DNA of 58,775 nt, the filler included, from Sphacelaria rigidula (lineage: Eukaryota), in assembly GCA_964200075.2 (NCBI GenBank). It is 6 parts of 6 records of this genome, joined end to end, with 100 filler letters (N's around TTAATTAATTAA, not from the genome) between each part and the next. Parts side by side here need not be neighbours in the genome. Positions count along the whole stretch, not along the records: positions 9,814 to 19,526 come from CAXNAA020007914.1; positions 19,627 to 29,339 come from CAXNAA020007915.1; 4 more parts are not named here. The stretch is one strand, 5' to 3'. The position numbers were made by a program, and so were the translations under genes. Below, piece after piece: positions 13,101-24,833 of this stretch (position 1 is its first letter; the number at the start of each line of letters is the position of its first letter). A model generated the notes under the pieces. That model made no database searches, was not told the DNA's origin, and saw only the letters and a list, made by a program, of their open reading frames with translations.

Positions 13101-16100
13101 CATCTTGCTGACCAGATCCTTTTTTTTTTGGATATCGCGGCACAACCTCCTCGCGTCCTCGAGCTCCGCGTCCTTGACCCCGATCGAGGATGCAGCCTGA
13201 GTGAGACGGACGATGGCATCGAGTTCCATCTCAAGTATTACACACGTCGGTCAACTCATCTCATATAACCCATTTTCGTATATCTCGGCTGCTGAGATAT
13301 ACTATATAATTCCGCGGTATTCATTTCCACCGGCAGAGCTATATTGTATAGCTCAGCGGTAGGTTTTTCCACTGGATTGGATACATCACAGAACTGAGTG
13401 ACTCATGAGTAGTCCAACGTGTCAGGTATTACCAGCAACTCAACGCATCGGGGATATGATCACCAGACAATGATCCAAGGGCAGGCCGAGCAGAGTATAC
13501 TCAATTGCGGGGTATTATGAACGACGCACTTGCGGTACTCAAATCAGGGTAGAGTGTTTGGAGTCGTACCCATGAAATAACTGGAAAACGATCCCTTAAA
13601 CCCTACCCCCGATTGGTGTACTCCAAGTACGACTTTCAAAATACCCCGCGATTGAGTATAATCTACTCAATCTGCCCTTGCAATGATTACACGGAAGCTA
13701 CCCTAGTATGTGGGGAGTTTCTCCAGCTACACCAGAACAAAAATATTTATACTAGACAGAGCAATTTGGACACCAGGACAGACACAAGTTTGACTTATAC
13801 ATGTACATACCAGAAGTAAAAGTTCGGTCCATACTGAGGACAACAATTTGACCAAAAACTTCGCTGTTAGCCAGAAGACAAAAACTTCCGCTGCTTCCTC
13901 TCGTGGAGAGTATCGCAAAGCCGTACCTGAAAACTTCCCTCTGAAACATGTATCACCCTCCGCTCCCCCCCCCCCCCCCCCCCCCCACAAAAAAAACAAA
14001 AAACCTAACAATCTTCCGGAAAAAAGGAGGTNNNNNNGACAAAAACTTCCCCTCCTTCCCCCCGTGGAGAGTATCCCAAACCCGTACCTGAAAACTTCCC
14101 CCTGAAACATGTATCCCCCCCCCCCCCCCCCCCCCCCCCCAGAACAAACAACAAAACACTATATTTCACAATCTGGACAGTAGGTTGCGTTGTCAAAAAG
14201 TGTACTGCGTAGATTATCGACTATTGCGTATATCGCAGTAGAAAATACACTCCGTACCATACGTGGAATGTTTTTTTTGAAAATGTCACATACTGTCAAG
14301 GTTGTGTTACAGTTTCAACGGGTTTTCAAGACCCCATCAGTCAGGTAAAGGCCTACATACCTGTACAGACTTCAGGAGTGGGTCGAACTCTTCATCGGTC
14401 ATGGCAGCGTGAACCTTCGCCAGGGCCTCCTCTCTGTTCAGCTCCAGGATGAGCAGCTTGGCTTCTTGTACCTGCTCCACGCAAAAAAAAAAAGGTTCAG
14501 TCTTGAGTTGGTACAGTGTCAATCTGTCCGGGCCTATCCCACCAACGTTTTGGGTACCACAGGGGTCATTCTCCAGATCAATCTTGACCAACTTTTTACA
14601 AGCTAAGCAGTATCATTATCTAGCCCCATGCCACCGATATTCTGAAAAAAAAACTAGAGTCAAATGCCCCAGGCCCACGTTTATCATGTTGCAACATCTT
14701 CGGACGCTGAGCAGCGTCATAATCCAGGCCCATGTAACCTGCATGTTGGACACATGTCATGTTCAAACACCTTGTACACGGTACATGTAATTCTTTACAC
14801 CGATTCCGTGCATAATGGCCCGACGAGTTCACCTGCGAGCAATTTTGAAACACGAAACGTGATGAGCGGAAACGCACCTGGGGCGATCGCAGACGAAGCT
14901 GCGTGGCGAGCGCAACCGCCGCTTGCAGATCCTCCTTGTTCCTCTCTTCCATAGCCTTGGTCAGCATCTGCTCGGCCTCTCGGCGCACCTGCACAAGTAT
15001 ATATGCACAAGCAAGCAAAAGTGTTACTGTGTGTGTGCGGGCGACGATGTACGTCCTCCGGACCGCTGCCGCAAAACATGGATAACTCACAGATATATGG
15101 CCATCACCCTGCCACCGCCCGAATCCCTAGCTTGACGCTAGATTTTTTTTTCGGGGGGGGGGGGGGGGTACCCTTATGGTGGTTTCCTGTTCGGGTGGTC
15201 CTTGACCCCCCATCCCTTTCGGGACGGTCGGGAGGGGGGGGGCGGCGGTTCGCGCTTGGTTTTTCCACCTGAAGCCGGCCGTTTCTATCAGGTCCGGTTT
15301 TTCTTGCCCTATTTTCTTTTCTTACTTGCTCGTTTTGTTCCTGATTTTTTTTTTCTTGTCGAATTTACTCTAATGATTTTCATCTTCGACCGTTGGGGGG
15401 GGGTACTCATGATCACGCATGCCATAGTCATAAGACGATATGGGGGGGGGGGGGGCATGATCTTGCATACCGCGGCCATATGACCATTGATCTCGCATCC
15501 CTACAAAGCCGGGACGGNNNNNNNNNNTGTCTTTTTTTGTTTGGTGTTCTGGTTGTGTGTGTGTTTTGTTTCATTGCTCTTGAGCCGGGGCCCCCGGCCG
15601 GGGGTCATGATCTTGCATACCGCGGCCATATGACCATTGATCTCGCATCCCTACAAAGCCGGGACGGAGCACGCCGAGTTTTGATCGGACCACGCGCGCA
15701 GTCAATCCCCAAGCACGAAGCGCCGTAATTTGTAATTGACTCGGCGAGTCTCATGAAGGGTTGGGGAGTGGGGTGGAGAAGCGGAATGGGAATTTTGGAA
15801 TAGTAGTTGCCTGCCTTCACCGGAGAGACGACACATTTTGCCGCGGGTCATCATTACTCCTGTGTACACAACAACCAACAGTATTAACACCGTCTCAGTT
15901 CATCCACTCGGCGCACCTACACGATGTAAGTGAACGCGGAGACATAGGTAATAGCCCATTACATTTCACGTTGATTGAATGATTGATCGTCGCACTTTAA
16001 CTGAGCCCACAGGGATCCAGCCATGGTTACATGACAGACGTACCGGGGATAAAACAAAAATAAAACACTCGCTGAACAAAAAAGTAACAGAAACGCATGT

Positions 16101-18177
16101 TGTTGTTGTCTTCACATTCAAAACCGTTGCGATATCTGCGCGGTACATTCGTACTGGACATCTGATGCGGGCGCCTTCAGTGGTCACACAGGCTAGCAAA
16201 AAACAAAAAAACAAAATAGACCAAAATTAACAGGGATAGATAATAAAGAAGAAAGAGAATACATATGGCTAACCTTAGAAGATCCGGTGCTGCAACATGT
16301 ACACAGGCATATATTCATGTATTCTCAGCCCTCAACGTCCAACCCAACGCACATGACAAAACTCTCCTCTGAACCTTCGACTACTGTCCGTATGGACGAC
16401 ATGTTGCACGACTAATCAGAAGCAGTGTCATCTTCCATTTGCTTACGTGCTCCTCTCGTGCAGCATCCAGAGCCCTCTGGGTAGCCGTTCGGATGAAAAT
16501 CTTGGTGTTCCCCAGGTGGAACTTGCCCGCCTCCATATGCCCATCGTTCACCAACTCGGCGGACACCTTCTCCAGACAGTAGCACAGCACAACATTCTCA
16601 AAACGTGAAGAATATCTACTTTTCGGAAATGTCCAAGGCGGAGAGTGGAGTAGCAAACAAATGTTCAACACAAACACGTGATTGAAATTTTGACATTCGA
16701 AAAAAAAACACTCGGATTACCTGGAGCAATATAACAATGATCAGTATTACCTCTCTTTGTTTCTTCAGCCAATGAAGACAAATGCTCCCTGTATCAACAT
16801 TCGACACATTTCTCACACCGCTGGACGACGTTTCTACCCAAAAAGCAGGATCACGATGAGTGTGCGGGGTTGAGCAATACACCTATCGTTACCGCCAGAG
16901 GAACCCAGGGACCCTGGAAAAATCAAACGGACTGCACTGAAAACAAAACGGGCAGGAAGTTTTCAAGATAAGATCACTCCCCTTCTTTCGGTTAAACTCG
17001 GATTGGTTGTACATCAGCGAGGGAAAGAAAAATGTCCCCGGCTTTGAAGATGTCGACGAGTTTTTATGCCACAATAATCCCGTAGTTGAAGTTGAGGTCT
17101 CCACTCGAAATGTTTCACACCCGGGGTAATGACAGTACACAACATCGTCAAAAAATGTGATGCGTGCACTACGATATATATGTTACCCATTACAATAGAT
17201 GCAGTAGTCGATACTCTCCGCGGTATAGTTCTTGACTGTAATCTTTTATCCCGTGTGTGAAACGTTGAGCGGCGCATTACTACATCTGCAGATTTGTGCA
17301 CGAAGATGGTTTCGCATGTATTTTCTTTCAGCTGTAGCACTCGAACGATGATGAAACACGGGATTACACTATTAGTAGACATCCACTGCCTTTTCCTCGC
17401 ACCAAAGATTTACACTACCAGAGGTTTTGGTCAGATTCGGAATAGTTCTCGATGGAAGACTTTCGAGTTCCACGACACCAATTCCGCGGATTTCAAAACT
17501 GGACGGCTCCGCGTGACCGACATAGCTAATCGATCACAACGATATGCTCAGCTCGCCCCGACTTTGCTGTTAAAATGGTATGACTATCCAACACGACACG
17601 GGGTTTTCTTCCCCGACCCAGCTTGAACATATCCGGACGCGATACGTAACACATACGCACATCATATAGGGATACGTAACATAACATACAAGACGAAATG
17701 AAAAAAACGAGGGCAACCATGTGTAAAAACGGAGGTCACACGCCCCAACAAATGTTCCCGACACGCGATATCCGCGACCACAACCACATCCACAATGGAT
17801 CATGACGAAAAGAAACTAGAGTACCGCAACCATAATCATATCCACAATGGATCATGACCAAAGGCAACAAGGGAACCTTGCTCACCCGTTTGGATCCCTC
17901 CCACCAAAAAATCATACATGAGGACTCAAACAAAGAGGCACTACCGAAGAGACGGATCCAAGCTTACCCGTTCTGCCTCCTCTCGCCAAGCGGCAGGGCC
18001 CGCATGCTCGTCGGCCCCGGGACCCTGGAAAGCCGGTTGACCGGGTCCCCTCCCCACGATGGGACCGTACTTGGTGACAAATTCATTGTGCGGATATCGC
18101 ACGCTGAAGCCACGCTGTCGAATCTCCACAATCTGCACCATACCCATCCAGTTGAGCTGCTCCAGGATGTACGCACC
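10136..18177 (-). CDS. Myosin heavy chain, internal fragment (end of motor domain plus helical tail; 7 exons)
   Basis: Exons 18177-17968 (YILEQLNWMGMVQIVEIRQRGFSVRYPHNEFVTKY, the SH-helix region), 16566-16447 (FHLGNTKIFIR, the converter GxTKxFxR), 14988-14878, 14471-14361, 13229-13095, 11227-11085 (ends phase 2) and 10331-10136 (starts phase 2). All introns are GT-AG with compatible phases. Confidence 0.85.
11803..12264. mobile_element. Foldback/MITE-like element with ~80-bp inverted arms and an inner hairpin, in a myosin intron
   Basis: ccaactccaaccatggcgccgacacattcggctcttttcccgcccatttgccgt (from 11803) is near-perfectly inverted at ~12210-12264. There is a second palindrome at ~11926-12023. 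Confidence 0.75.
13476..13680. mobile_element. Small palindromic MITE-like element
   Basis: caagggcag...agtatactcaattgcggggtatt pairs with aataccccgcgattgagtata...ctgcccttg. Confidence 0.65.
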
Positions 18178-19526
18178 CTGCTTCGTTTTGTTCCGTTTTT
18201 TTTTTTCCCCGAGGGAAGAGATGTTCAGTCCATGACCACGCACGTTCATATGCTTCGCTCATCAGATCTTCTTCTTTGCATGTAAGATATATGAAATTGG
18301 CACTTCTTCTATTGCAACTTTTGACCACACATCACCCACACTAAATGGTTGCAATAGGCCTGTACTTGACGCAGTACACTTTTTTCTACTGCAACTGTCG
18401 ACCACACGCTGCCCTGTTCATGAAGTATATACAGGGTCATCCCATGGTACATCGCCAACCCGATAAGGCGATAGTCCTGGACGGAAGCTTGTACACAACG
18501 GACAGCTAATCGAAAAGGACTTTCATGACCCGTTGTCCAAGAGTACGAAATACGTGACAGCGGGGTCCGAGAAGCCGAAGGGCAACTTTTCACGGTTAGG
18601 ACGAATCATTCCAGGTTCGAACCACCAAATCCACGATTTTTCAGGCCCAATCGCTCAAAAAAAAAAGTTCACCGCTGGTCAAAACGGTCTCCACGTAATT
18701 TTTGCACCACTCCATGTGCCTGGCCTGCGCGTGTTTGAGTTGCAACGCTGAAAACAAATCCCGAGGATGGATTCGTGCGGTAGGAATCAATTACACTAAA
18801 ATCAAGTGATTTACAGATATATCATTGATTCGTCCGACCCTTGCAACTTTTGCGCCACTCCGCATGCTCGGCGTACAGGGCCGTAGGGTAGCGAACACTG
18901 AAAAAGGGGTCAAATAAGCTAGCTCAAGGTCCGGGTCAGTACACCAACACGAAGGCATACTGACGTGGCTCATGAGCTGCGCGACGTGTGGTAACTTGTG
19001 TGCCCATTCTCTCCTCGGAATGTGGTGGTATCCACACTATAATAGTCCCCAATTTAGGAAAATCACTCCAAAATATACTGTCAAGACACGAATAAGCCAC
19101 CTTGAAGGATGCTACGATATTGTAGGGAAGGGGGGTGCGGGAGCGGGCGGGGGCAGGTTGATTCCACGTAAAATAGGGGCCCACACATGTGTCACATGAC
19201 TAACTACTCGCGGTGAACACGGTGTCAAGTGGTACAAGTGAGTTCTGCCTTTTTGGTAACGAATATTTGAGGTGGAAGAACTGGTCCAAAATCCCCCCCC
19301 CCACCGTACCATGGTCATGGTCAGACACCCATGAGGCAGTGTATAAGCTGTGGCTGTCTCTGGAAGTGGCGCTGCCAGGTAATCAAGCAACTCTGTGTAG
19401 ACTGTCACCCAAATGCAAGATAATCAGTAGGCTTCGGGCCGAACAATCTCAGCAGTATGCAGCTCACCCATGCGACTCGCCGAACACACCACGGCGCTTC
19501 GCGCTTGGTGATTGAGTGCGAGCCTG

Positions 19527-19626
19527 NNNNNNNNNNNNNNNNNNNNNNNNNNNNNNNNNNNNNNNNNNNNTTAATTAATTAANNNNNNNNNNNNNNNNNN
19601 NNNNNNNNNNNNNNNNNNNNNNNNNN
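19527..19626. other. Artificial contig linker
   Basis: N44-TTAATTAATTAA-N44. Confidence 0.98.
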
Positions 19627-19838
19627 GGGGAAAGCACTGTTTCAAGCTTGAACCTCATGTCGGAGTTAAACCTCAATTCGCACAATTTGTTGTTAAATGC
19701 GATTTGCCTCCACGTTCGCATGCACGGTCTCCGCTTCTCTGAAGACGCCAATATATCGACAGTTACAATGGCAACTTGTCCAAATTGCATGAATGCAAGT
19801 GCTTCATATAGATCCTTCGCCAAATCCAGTTTTGGCAT
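19627..19838 (-). mobile_element. Possible N-terminus of a PIF/Harbinger-type transposase, cut by contig end
   Basis: The ORF MPKLDLAKDLYEALAFMQ...NKLCELRFNSDMRFKLETVL runs into the gap. FxxxxRFxxETV resembles the N-terminal helix motif of HARBI1-like transposases. No catalytic domain is visible. Confidence 0.25.
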
Positions 19839-21196
19839 TATTACGTGAACAAAAAAGTGCAACCCTATCGTAGCACGACTCTGTAAGCACACGCTAGTGA
19901 TGGAGGCGAAGAGAAACACACACGAAATAAAAAATTGGCTGTGTTAAAGCGAATGATCAAAGCTACTCTCAATCAGCGCTCTACTACTCTCAATCTCACG
20001 AATACGTTGTTCAGTGTTCGTTGATCATTTTTTTTCGACAATTTCGACGAAAAAGAATCACGAAAAATGTAAAAAAATCATGACAATTTTCGAAAAAATG
20101 CCCTCCGCCCCGCGCGGGAGGGGGGGGCGGAGGGGGGGGGGGGGAGGGCGTCGAAAAATTTCTCTCGACACACCCTTGGAGCTACACAAATAAATGTTTC
20201 CATTTCTTTCTGCATAAGAACAATTTTAATTCTTGAGTCAGCGGCCACCCATCCGTGCTTCAATATGCACTCAAGGTTTCTCAGAACCACACGGTTTCAC
20301 GCTCACTGGGTCTTTATTAAAGCAAATCGTGCTTGGCTTGTTTGTCTGATTCTGTGCCGAACCGGTGTAAAATCGGACGGACCCCATTTTTATGCCGAGT
20401 TGGCATAAAAGCGATCGTGTGCCAAGTAAATATTATGCCGCCGTTTTTTTTCGGGGTACACTACCCGGCATATAATCGGGCCCATCACTGTAACGCTATT
20501 ATAATTGTTAATAAGGTGCGGCGCACATCGCCAGGCAAAGGGTATGACTCTAGCTGCTAGAGTCATGCCCGTTGTCGCCGGCAATCCGCCAGTAGCGTTG
20601 CCTAGGCGCCGCATCTAGTCCAGTGCTAGAAATGTTGTAAACATCAGCCTTCAACGGGACATCAGTAAAAAAAGTTGTCTGTAAACCAACTCATGGATAA
20701 CGCAGGTCCGGTCTTCCACTGGTGCTGGATAGATTCTGTGGCTGTTGTTGGTCCTGCACATAATGTGTGTTCGACTTTTAATACGCTCAACACTTGTTAT
20801 AATCTTCAATATTATATTCATCACATTAGCTCGATCTCTCGAACCCGTGGCCACAGAGTGGAAGGAGCATACCACCCACACTGTACGTACCCATAAATCA
20901 AACAGCCAACCCGCAGAGGAAGGCAAAAACAAAACATCTACACGAAAAAGGGCACTTACACCTGCCTACGCCAAGAAATATCCGTGTAAGACCGATTGAA
21001 CTACAGGAGAACTACTGGAATCCAACAACAAGTCCCCGCGTGCGATTTCTCCGACTACCTTGCCACGTACTGGTGTATACACAGAGTACAGTAGTAACAG
21101 CGAGTGACCCGATAACCGAAACGGTCGCGTAGAACAGAGACCATTCCCAAAATAGATACAACAGTACAGTATCTGTATAGTGTCTAGAGTGCTATA

Positions 21197-22077
21197 CGGC
21201 GTATATCTGCCTGTACAGGCAGGTTCTAAGAACCTGCCTGTACCATTGAACCAGTCCCACTACACGTTTGAGCAGACCCGCCAGTCGAAGAACGAACACA
21301 TTTTTGAATTCGCCCGCTACCCTCAATAGAGATGAAGCATCATAATGCGAATAGACCACCACATGTACACGCACAGCACTACAAGCCACAAACTCCCCCA
21401 CCCTCAAAAGAGACGAAGCATCATAATGCGAATAGACCACCACATGTACACGCACAGTACTACAAGCCACAAACTCACACACACACACACAGACACACAG
21501 AGACGAGCCTCACCAGCAGCCCTTCAACCCATCGTACACGCTTGGCAGGCAGGCAATCCACCTGCTTTTGTATGTACAGATGGGGTTTTTGGTAAATACC
21601 CGTCAGACAGTCAGTATTAAAACGCATGCGGTGGAAACTGTAATGTACAGTATTGCGATGTCCCCAGCGTGTGTCGTTAACAAAGCCCTAAACAAACCAA
21701 ACTTTACCGTCTGCGCAGATGCAGGATGAAAAAACTCGCACTGCTCTTCTTTTTGTATCTGTTGCAATCGCTGCACCCGCTGTCATGGTTTCGACAACCG
21801 TGCCAGCCCTCCCCACACACCCACAACTGTGTTGAGGCATGTGACGTCTGAGGAGGATGTATGTACAAGAGACGGGGTGTGTCTCGGCCGGCGTATATCT
21901 GCCTGAACAGGCTGATTAGCAAAACCTACCTGTACCATAGAACTAGTTCCACAGCACGTTTGAGCAGACCCGCCAGTCTAAGAACGAACACGTTTTTGGA
22001 TTCACCCACCACCCTCGAAAGAGACGACGCATGATAATGCGAACAGACCACGACATGTAAACGCACAGTGCTACAAG

Positions 22078-22124
<47 letters not shown>

Positions 22125-22540
22125 CACACTCACACTCACACACACCAGCACCCCTTCAACTCATCGTTCACGCTTGGCAGGCAGGCAATCCACCTTTTGT
22201 ATGTAAAGATTGCTTGTTTTTGGTAAATACTCCTCAGAGTCAGTACAGCACTATTATACTACTGCAAAAATTATTGGCGATACAGTACAGACTAAAACGC
22301 ATACGGTGTATACTGTAATGTATTGCGATGACTCCAGCGTGTGTTGCCCACAAAGCCCTAAACGAAACAAACTATACCGTCTGCGCAGATGCAGGATAAA
22401 ATAACTCGCACTGCTCTTCGTTTTGTATCTATTACCATCGCTGCACCCGCTGTCGTGTTTTCGTCAACCGTGCCAGCCCTCCCCACACACCCACGACCGT
22501 TGTGTTGAGGCATGTAACGTCTGAAGAGCATGTATTGTGT
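21197..22540. repeat. Two diverged tandem copies of a ~690-bp unit containing (CA)n tracts
   Basis: The unit starts cggcgtatatctgcctg at 21197 and 21889. Shared blocks include acacgtttgagcagacccgccagtc, cgcttggcaggcaggcaatccacc and ccgtctgcgcagatgcaggat. Confidence 0.9.
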
Positions 22541-22565
22541 ACCGGAAACAAATTTGTACACATCG

Positions 22566-22939
22566 GTCGTCCCGGTGGCTCAGTTGGTAACCTCGTAACC
22601 TTCTTCTGCTGGTTGAGTTGTGGGGTTCGATTCCCGGAGCGATCTGGGATTTTTTCTTATAACATGCTCAACAGTGCAGAGCGACTATCTATGTTGTGGG
22701 TACACAAAATTCGACTTAACGGTCGAGGAGGGAAAGGGATTGCTGAACCCCTGTCGCGTCAAAAAATACTTAAAAGGCAAGCACCGCAGAAGGAAGGGGG
22801 GGTACTAAAAGTAAAGAAAAAAGAAAAAGCTCCTGTGTTGACCTTCCTCCTATGTGACCTCGGCTGATGCGCCCACATATTTCGAAAGAGGCGGACTGGC
22901 GCCCAGAATAAATGGGACGACAACACACACACACACACA
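22566..22939 (+). mobile_element. tRNA-derived SINE with (CA)n tail
   Basis: Pol III A box TGGCTCAGTTGG (22576-22587) and B box GGTTCGATTCC (22624-22634) without a proper cloverleaf, then a ~290-bp body ending aataaatgggacgacaa(ca)n. Confidence 0.75.
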
Positions 22940-23049
22940 AGTAGATGGTTTAGCACACTCTATCCGTCGGAACTGGACCGTATGGCCTCCATAACTGAAT
23001 TCTCCTGCCATGACACTTCGACCACCCGGGTGCAGCAATTGTAAAATTT

Positions 23050-23337
23050 ACAAAAAGAGGAGCAGTGCGAGTTATTTTATCCTACATCAGCGAAGACGGT
23101 AAAGTTTATTTCGTTCAGGGCTTTGTGAACAACACACGCTGGAGTCATCGCATTTCATTAAAGTATCCACCGTATGCGCATTATAGTAGTCTGTATTGCG
23201 AACAATGTTTACAGTAGTATAGTCGTGCTGTACTGACTCTCTGAGAAGTATTTACCAGAAACAACTGATCTGTATATACAAAAGCACATCTATTGCCTGC
23301 CTGCCATGTGTGTACGATGAGTTGAAGGGGTGCTGGT
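23050..23337 (-). repeat. Inverted partial copy of the tandem unit (pairs with ~22145-22425)
   Basis: gatgagttgaaggggtgctggt and gcagtgcgagttattttatcct are reverse complements of accagcaccccttcaactcatc and aggataaaataactcgcactgc. Confidence 0.85.
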
Positions 23338-24368
23338 CTTCAACATTCGTCATAATCTAGTACGAAAATATACCACTTTGGTCATGATCTAGTGAGAACG
23401 GTGGACCCTCGCTTGTTGCAAACTTGTTGCGTTACTCCCGGATTTCAACCCTTTCAGTATAGCTGGTCTTACTTCATACATCGAATTCTGACCGCAGAAA
23501 TCATTTTTCCATCGGCTGGGGGGAAAACTGGTCGAAGACACCAGCCGAATTAAAAAGTCCATCATGTGACAACAACAGAAAATGCTTACACAGTACCGTG
23601 GGTCTGAGAAGAGGGATGGGTCAAAGCAAATTTGAATATATATGCCGCACCCTCGCCGCAGGAAACACCTTGGCCGCGTTCTCCACGACGAAACTACCAG
23701 GCTTCTCATGAACTTTCCCAAGATAGGAATTCAAGGGCACAGCCTTGGATCTCTGAAGCTAACTTCGGAAGAGTTCGTTTGGACTTCCTCCGACAAATCA
23801 AGGTGAGCAAACAACCAACCATCCCACCAATTCCCTTGCTTTGCTGCTGGATCTGTGCTCCCTCAAGGTGAAACAACCGTAGTGGGGCAGGTTCCCACCG
23901 CAGCTTGGAGTAACTCCCTTCCGCACCTCGATGTTGCCTTCACTTCGGTCATGGTTCATTTCCTTTCGCTATATCTGCCAGCTCGAAGAAGGTCAAGTGG
24001 GCCACTGTTTCTCACGCTACCTGGGCACAGTTTGGAGACTACTGTCACCTGCGATTGTTCCTTCACAACGACCTGCCTCCTGTCCGGTTGGATGGATTCG
24101 GTCAGGCGCAGTACTCAGGTAAGGGTGCATGATGGAGCAACGGTGTAGGTTGAAACGTTCAAGTTTGCTTGTGTGTTACTGATCCGGGTAAGATACAGCT
24201 AACGAATATCTCTTACATCTATTTTGTCTGCCAAATGTGAAAAAAAAAATGTAGGTGAGACACCGACAGCTGGGATGAAAACCGATGGGTAGGAATCGGG
24301 GCCGATTTTGGGTACTATATTCATGGAAAGTGCAAGCTGAACGCTACATGCGTCACAAGTGGTCCGTA

Positions 24369-24833
24369 AGACCCACTTTTATGGTACGAATCTCGATTGG
24401 TACAAATCTCAGGATCTCAGCCCGCCTTGAGGCGATTTTCTCTCGTGGATTGATTTTTCGGACCCCAGTCCGTGGGGCAATGTTTTTCGCCTCCTGTAGC
24501 TGTGAGCAAACCAGATCAATTCCCCGATCCTCTCGACGTTGACTCTTGGTTCACCACCTCTCTGCCCAAATCGGGACACTGTAGCGTCTCCCCTGATTTT
24601 TTCAAGAAATCGGGGGAGATGCGGGAGTATTCCGATTTAGGCAGAAATGTGATGTATCGAAAGTAAACGCCCAGAAAATCGAAGAACTGAACTGGTTCGC
24701 TCATAGGTAGCCGAAAAACATTGCCCACCGGACTGGGGTCCGAAAAATCAATCCACGGGAGAAAATCGCCTGAAGACGGGTTGAAATCCTCATATTTGTA
24801 CAAATCGAGATTCGTTGGTTTAGAAGTGGGTCT
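24369..24833. mobile_element. Long imperfect palindrome (foldback/MITE-like)
   Basis: Arms pair along most of their length, e.g. gtggattgatttttcggaccccagtccg with cggactggggtccgaaaaatcaatccac. The centre is at ~24602. Confidence 0.85.

Noticed and set aside
13877-14140. Tandem duplications flanking small N gaps (also 15400-15670 and 57980-58090)
   Set aside because: The copies sit either side of short N runs, in two cases next to homopolymer tracts; most likely unmerged read overlaps.
18565-18612. Minus-strand peptide MIRPNREKLPFGFS resembling the myosin CIKPNxxKxPxxF motif just upstream of the first myosin exon
   Set aside because: No AG acceptor before it, no in-phase GT donor after it, and no preceding HFVRC; probably chance similarity in intronic repeat sequence.
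22566-22650. Possible tRNA gene
   Set aside because: Has A and B boxes but no consistent acceptor or anticodon stems, and continues into a body with a (CA)n tail; treated as a SINE.
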